NCBI GenBank assembly: GCA_029781075.1
Contig: JAKOXJ010000042.1
Span: forward strand, 1-30,401
From: a bacterium
GTDB taxonomy: Bacteria; Patescibacteriota; Saccharimonadia; Saccharimonadales; HK-STAS-PATE-42
Direction of reading: 5' to 3'
Length of the DNA: 30,401 nt
Of the stretch, positions 26,627-30,401 are shown piece by piece. The translations under genes and the position numbers were made by a program. The notes beneath the pieces were generated by a model. That model searched no databases and was not told where the DNA came from. It saw only the letters and a list, made by a program, of their open reading frames with translations. Positions within the stretch are counted from its first letter, which is position 1. The number at the start of each line of letters is the position of its first letter.

Positions 26627-28120
26627 TCATAATGCCCTGTTGCTGTTTCTTGATAACCTATTTCTTGAGATCTTGATAAAAATACCGATGAGCAGATAGC
26701 AACTTATCATCCCAGGCTGGCTAAGCTTTAGCTGGACAGAAGCCCAGGGTAGGCTAGATAGCCTTTGGATTACTAAGATTATTGGGGTTAGAACTATTTT
26801 TGGAGTCTGGTAGAAAAGCCTTGCTATAACTGAATTAAGATTTAACATACCGAAAATTCCTACTACTAGGACTAGGAGCATCACGAATGGTATCCATGGT
26901 ACAACTAATATATTTGCGACTAGTGAGATTACGGAGAAAGTTCCAAAGATATGAGCTATAAGTGGAGCTGTCATAATTTGAGCGCATAGAGATTCAATGA
27001 AAACTGAAGCCAACAAGCCGGGTTCCTGGTTAGTGCCAGAATAGAACAAATTAGTTACAGTTGGAGCGAGTACTAGTACTCCAAAAAATGCCAGAAAGCT
27101 TAGCCACCAACCTATGTCCTCTAGAAGGTAGGTTGGATTTACGGCAGATGTTATAAACGCTGATAATAATATAAGGTTTATCGGCGATATTTTTCTGCCA
27201 TAGTAAGAGCAGATTATTGATATAAGGCATACAACAGCGGCCCTAACTACACTGGGAGAGAAACCCGTTACCAGTAAAAATAAGAATATTAGACTAAGTG
27301 ATACAATGGTTTGCTGGTATTTAGATAGTTTCTTACCCAACCGGCCAATAGCAAGGACTATAATGGTAAGGTTGTACCCACTAACAGCAATTATATGAGT
27401 CAGCCCAACGCGAGATAGCTGATCCTGAAGATCCTTGGGTATTGACGATCTCACTCCCGCCAGGAATCCTATCCCTAATGAAGCGTGAGGTTCAGGTAGA
27501 GAGGAGTAGATGGAAGAGAAGAACCTTAGACGATACCTCTCTAACTGTGAGGAGTTTTGCTGAAGGATTTCTACGCTAGAATAGGATATCGACCCCGTCC
27601 TGGCTCCTAAAGCTGGTTTAATCGTGCCATTTACATAGATTTTATAGCCCCGATAGACTGCTATATTTTGTTTTGTCCTAACTCTTATCCTTCCGGGAAG
27701 ATATTCTCCACTTTTTGCGAAGTTGACTCTGGTAATATTGAACTCATAGTCTCCATAGTCATTATAGGCAGCATCGTCCTGAACTACGCCCACCAAACTA
27801 ACTTCTTTGCCAAAGAGCTGACCATAGACTTTTAAGCTATTCTGAAAATTTGAAGAACTAACATACAGAGTTAAGCAGCAAATAATTAAGAGGAGTGCCC
27901 TCCCCAGTATTGGCTTTTTTATAAAAATGAATATTGAGATTACTAACAGTAGGGACAGCAAATAATTTGGTATAAGTATCGGTGAGCTCAGAGCTAATAT
28001 CTTACCTAAGAAGATAGAGATTATGCCTGATAGACACAGCAGAGCTATAAAATCTGACTGGTTTTTGAATGGTTTGAATCTGTGAGCGGACGATGAGGAT
28101 CTGTCGGAAGATTTGGGCAT
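26627..28120 (-). CDS. comEC: ComEC/Rec2 DNA uptake channel (no metallo-beta-lactamase domain)
   Basis: GLTHIIAVSGYN, SPSVVRA, GWWLSFLAFFG, SLVANILV; OB-like DUF4131 region; 497 aa. Confidence 0.93.
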   Translation of the reverse strand: MPKSSDRSSSSAHRFKPFKNQSDFIALLCLSGIISIFLGKILALSSPILIPNYLLSLLLVISIFIFIKKPILGRALLLIICCLTLYVSSSNFQNSLKVYGQLFGKEVSLVGVVQDDAAYNDYGDYEFNITRVNFAKSGEYLPGRIRVRTKQNIAVYRGYKIYVNGTIKPALGARTGSISYSSVEILQQNSSQLERYRLRFFSSIYSSLPEPHASLGIGFLAGVRSSIPKDLQDQLSRVGLTHIIAVSGYNLTIIVLAIGRLGKKLSKYQQTIVSLSLIFLFLLVTGFSPSVVRAAVVCLISIICSYYGRKISPINLILLSAFITSAVNPTYLLEDIGWWLSFLAFFGVLVLAPTVTNLFYSGTNQEPGLLASVFIESLCAQIMTAPLIAHIFGTFSVISLVANILVVPWIPFVMLLVLVVGIFGMLNLNSVIARLFYQTPKIVLTPIILVIQRLSSLPWASVQLKLSQPGMISCYLLIGIFIKISRNRLSRNSNRAL

Positions 28121-28193
28121 GGTTATTCGGCAATAAAGGTATTGAGTCTAAACCCTAACTTTAGACTACTTAGCTGATAGAATAAAGACTATC

Positions 28194-28826
28194 ATGGGCT
28201 CCAAGTATAAATCAGTAAGAAAATCCTACGGTCAGCAAGACTTTAGTAGTGAGCTGGCAGATTGGCTGAAATCTGATAATACTAAAACGCTTTTGGAGCT
28301 TGATAAGTTTTTTGGCGACAGGACCTTTGCAATTCTCTTTATGTTTTTAATGGCAGCGAGTGCTTTACCAATACCGACAGGTGGAGTGACTGATGTCTTC
28401 GCAGTTATCACCATACTCTTTGCCCTGCAAATGGTTTTGGGCAGGAGAGATCTGTGGCTACCGAAAAGATGGCAGAGAATGAAGCTAGGGAGCGTGTTTA
28501 CCATGAAGCTTCTACCGGGCTTGGTAAAGTTGATCCGGTGGTTAGAGAGATTTTCTAAACCAAGATTATCCTGGATTCTTAGAGGTAAGACTTCTGATGT
28601 TATTTTGGGCTTATCTGTTGCAATACTGGCCACTGCTACTATTGCTGCGCCTCCATTTTCTGGGCTTGACACAATTCCGGCGCTTGGGATCGTAATAATA
28701 TCAGCAGGCATGATCCTGAAAGATGGAGTAATGACTTTAGTAGGCTGGTGTCTTGGGGCTAGTGGGATCTTGATCCAACTCCTCTTGGGCAAGGCTGTAC
28801 TCGAGGTCATTCAACGGATTATTTAG
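28194..28826 (+). CDS. exoD: ExoD family membrane protein
   Basis: LPIP-GG, QMVLGRR-LWLP, RWLERFSKPRL, PPFSGLDTIPALG. Confidence 0.85.
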   Translation: MGSKYKSVRKSYGQQDFSSELADWLKSDNTKTLLELDKFFGDRTFAILFMFLMAASALPIPTGGVTDVFAVITILFALQMVLGRRDLWLPKRWQRMKLGSVFTMKLLPGLVKLIRWLERFSKPRLSWILRGKTSDVILGLSVAILATATIAAPPFSGLDTIPALGIVIISAGMILKDGVMTLVGWCLGASGILIQLLLGKAVLEVIQRII

Positions 28827-28951
28827 GCTGTTGTATATAAAGCATCACTGCCTAAAGTGTTTGTGCTTTGTACAAATACGTAACTGAGAATATAATCCTT
28901 AAAAATAGTGAATTTATAAATAAAAAATTAAAGTTGTAGTGGGTTTTTAAT

Positions 28952-29332
28952 ATGGGCAGAAAGAAGAATATTACCAAACTAAGTGAAGCATACCAGGTAA
29001 GAGAGTTTATCGATACGCCATTTCTAGATTGGCAGATTGCCAGGATTGGTCACTTTTTAAATATCGGTCTTCTGGCAGTTGTTAGCTTTTACTTTATGGG
29101 TAATCTAAATATGCTGGATAAATTTTGCACATTCATGATTAGTGGTAAGCTAGTCGGCACCGATTATGCACTGACCTTTAGTAATGTTTGCTGGATAAGC
29201 GCTGGAATAGTAGCGATTATTCTTGCTAAATCAGTCTACGGTTATTTCAGACTTGCTAAGAATAGGAACAAGATTAAACTTCAGATCAAGGATGCTTCAC
29301 CACTTGCTCTTAGTGTCAGAATAACAGCTTAG
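28952..29332 (+). CDS. Hypothetical membrane protein, 2 TM helices
   Basis: 126-aa ORF with TATAAT at 28891-28896 upstream. Confidence 0.6.
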   Translation: MGRKKNITKLSEAYQVREFIDTPFLDWQIARIGHFLNIGLLAVVSFYFMGNLNMLDKFCTFMISGKLVGTDYALTFSNVCWISAGIVAIILAKSVYGYFRLAKNRNKIKLQIKDASPLALSVRITA

Positions 29333-29344
29333 ATCTCTTAGCTA

Positions 29345-30400
29345 CTAGCTCATAGGTAGACGTTTGCGCCAATGTGCAGAATCGAACTCATGGCGCATCA
29401 TTGTTACTAGATCTTCTTTTGTTGTCCCAAATTTTACGCCTGGATTAAGGATATTGTGTGGGTCGAATATCTGCTTAACTCTTGCAAAGGCTTCATACAC
29501 ACTTGGTGGATACATCGTCTTCATATAAGGAGCTCTAAGACGACCATCGTTATGCTCGCCCGATATAGTCCCTCCGAGATCTAGGACTAAGCCGTAATAT
29601 GAGTCCATTATTTTGAAGGCTTTTTGGCGATCTCCTAGAACTCCTAGATTCAACATTGGTTGGAGGTGAATGTTTGCATCACCAGCATGCCCCCATACGG
29701 CAACGTCTAAGCCGTATTTACTAAAGAGCCCATAGGTACCGGAAATCAACTTAGTGAAGTTTTCTGGAGGGACACATCCATCTTCTATGATAGGTACTGC
29801 CGCCTTGCCACCCTGAAGCTCTCCCATAACGATTGCAGCAGAGTTTCTGACTTGCCAGATATTCTCCCTTTCTTCCGGATCGGAGGTTTCTCTTAGAATT
29901 GTCGCACCGGCATCTTCTGCAAAAGCTCTAAATTTTTTGAGTTTTTTGGCACGATCTCTTTCTCTTTGGTCATCAAATTCTACTATAAGTACAAAGTTTG
30001 GATACGGCTCTTCTATAAGACCAGCAAGTTGATTTGGCTGTAACCTGTGAACCTCATTAAGCAAGTTTTTATCCACCAGCTCAATTGCCGAAGGGGTTAG
30101 ACTTAATGTGTTGAGATTGAGCTCAGAGAGATCTTCAAGCTTTGTTAGACCAACCATAATGACTGTTGTGTTTGTGTTATGAATACTAGCCTGCAGCTGT
30201 ACGGCGGTAACAACACCAAGTGTACCCTGAGAGCCAACGATTAGAGGGGTTAGATCGAATGATCCGTCTTTTCCATATACCTGTGCAAGGGCATAGCCTG
30301 ATGAGTTCTTTGTAGTTGAGAGTTCTGCTTGGTCAAGAGAATCTTTTACTTCATGAATTAGTTCATCTACCTGGCGATATATTTCTCCTTCGAAACTATT
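29345..30400 (-). CDS. FAD-binding oxidoreductase (GlcD / D-lactate dehydrogenase family), 5' part outside the window
   Basis: Frame is open to the window end (..GSQGTLGVVT..); IEDGCVP, WGHAGDANIH, SGEHNDG, FDPHNILNPG. Confidence 0.92.
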   Translation of the reverse strand, partial: NSFEGEIYRQVDELIHEVKDSLDQAELSTTKNSSGYALAQVYGKDGSFDLTPLIVGSQGTLGVVTAVQLQASIHNTNTTVIMVGLTKLEDLSELNLNTLSLTPSAIELVDKNLLNEVHRLQPNQLAGLIEEPYPNFVLIVEFDDQRERDRAKKLKKFRAFAEDAGATILRETSDPEERENIWQVRNSAAIVMGELQGGKAAVPIIEDGCVPPENFTKLISGTYGLFSKYGLDVAVWGHAGDANIHLQPMLNLGVLGDRQKAFKIMDSYYGLVLDLGGTISGEHNDGRLRAPYMKTMYPPSVYEAFARVKQIFDPHNILNPGVKFGTTKEDLVTMMRHEFDSAHWRKRLPMS

Positions 30401-30401
30401 G

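Noticed and set aside
9226-28810. Long antisense or alternative-frame ORFs, e.g. 9226-9552, 14468-14926, 17648-18457, 28232-28810
   Set aside because: They overlap well-supported genes on the other strand and show shadow-ORF composition with no motifs.

Overview
A 30.4-kb bacterial core-genome window with standard genetic code 11. Sequence styles of bL32, EF-G, PheS, Hsp20 and RsmA point to Patescibacteria/CPR, most likely Saccharibacteria (inference from recalled family sequences, not a search). It holds fusA, tuf, rpsJ, a partial Gre-like factor, pheS/pheT, radC, yebC, a Dus enzyme, ligA, rsmA, htpX, rnc, nusB, an unannotated rpmF, comF, comEC, a pilin, exoD, two NUDIX enzymes, an ABC exporter, a partial FAD oxidoreductase, tRNA-Ser(TGA), tRNA-Gly(TCC) and several orphans. 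I found no CRISPR array, transposase, integrase, intein or rRNA. The strongest signals are: (1) a 134-nt, extensively paired RNA between a sigma70-type promoter and tuf, either a leader or a miniature 6S-like RNA; (2) an EF-G with both guanine-recognition motifs changed (NKxD to NKIN, SAxKN to GDGRG); (3) -10 boxes 7-10 nt before the start codon in 11 genes, implying widespread leaderless mRNA; (4) a str/S10 cluster split into separate units with their own structured leaders. All RNA structures were paired by eye and all homology calls come from motif recognition.
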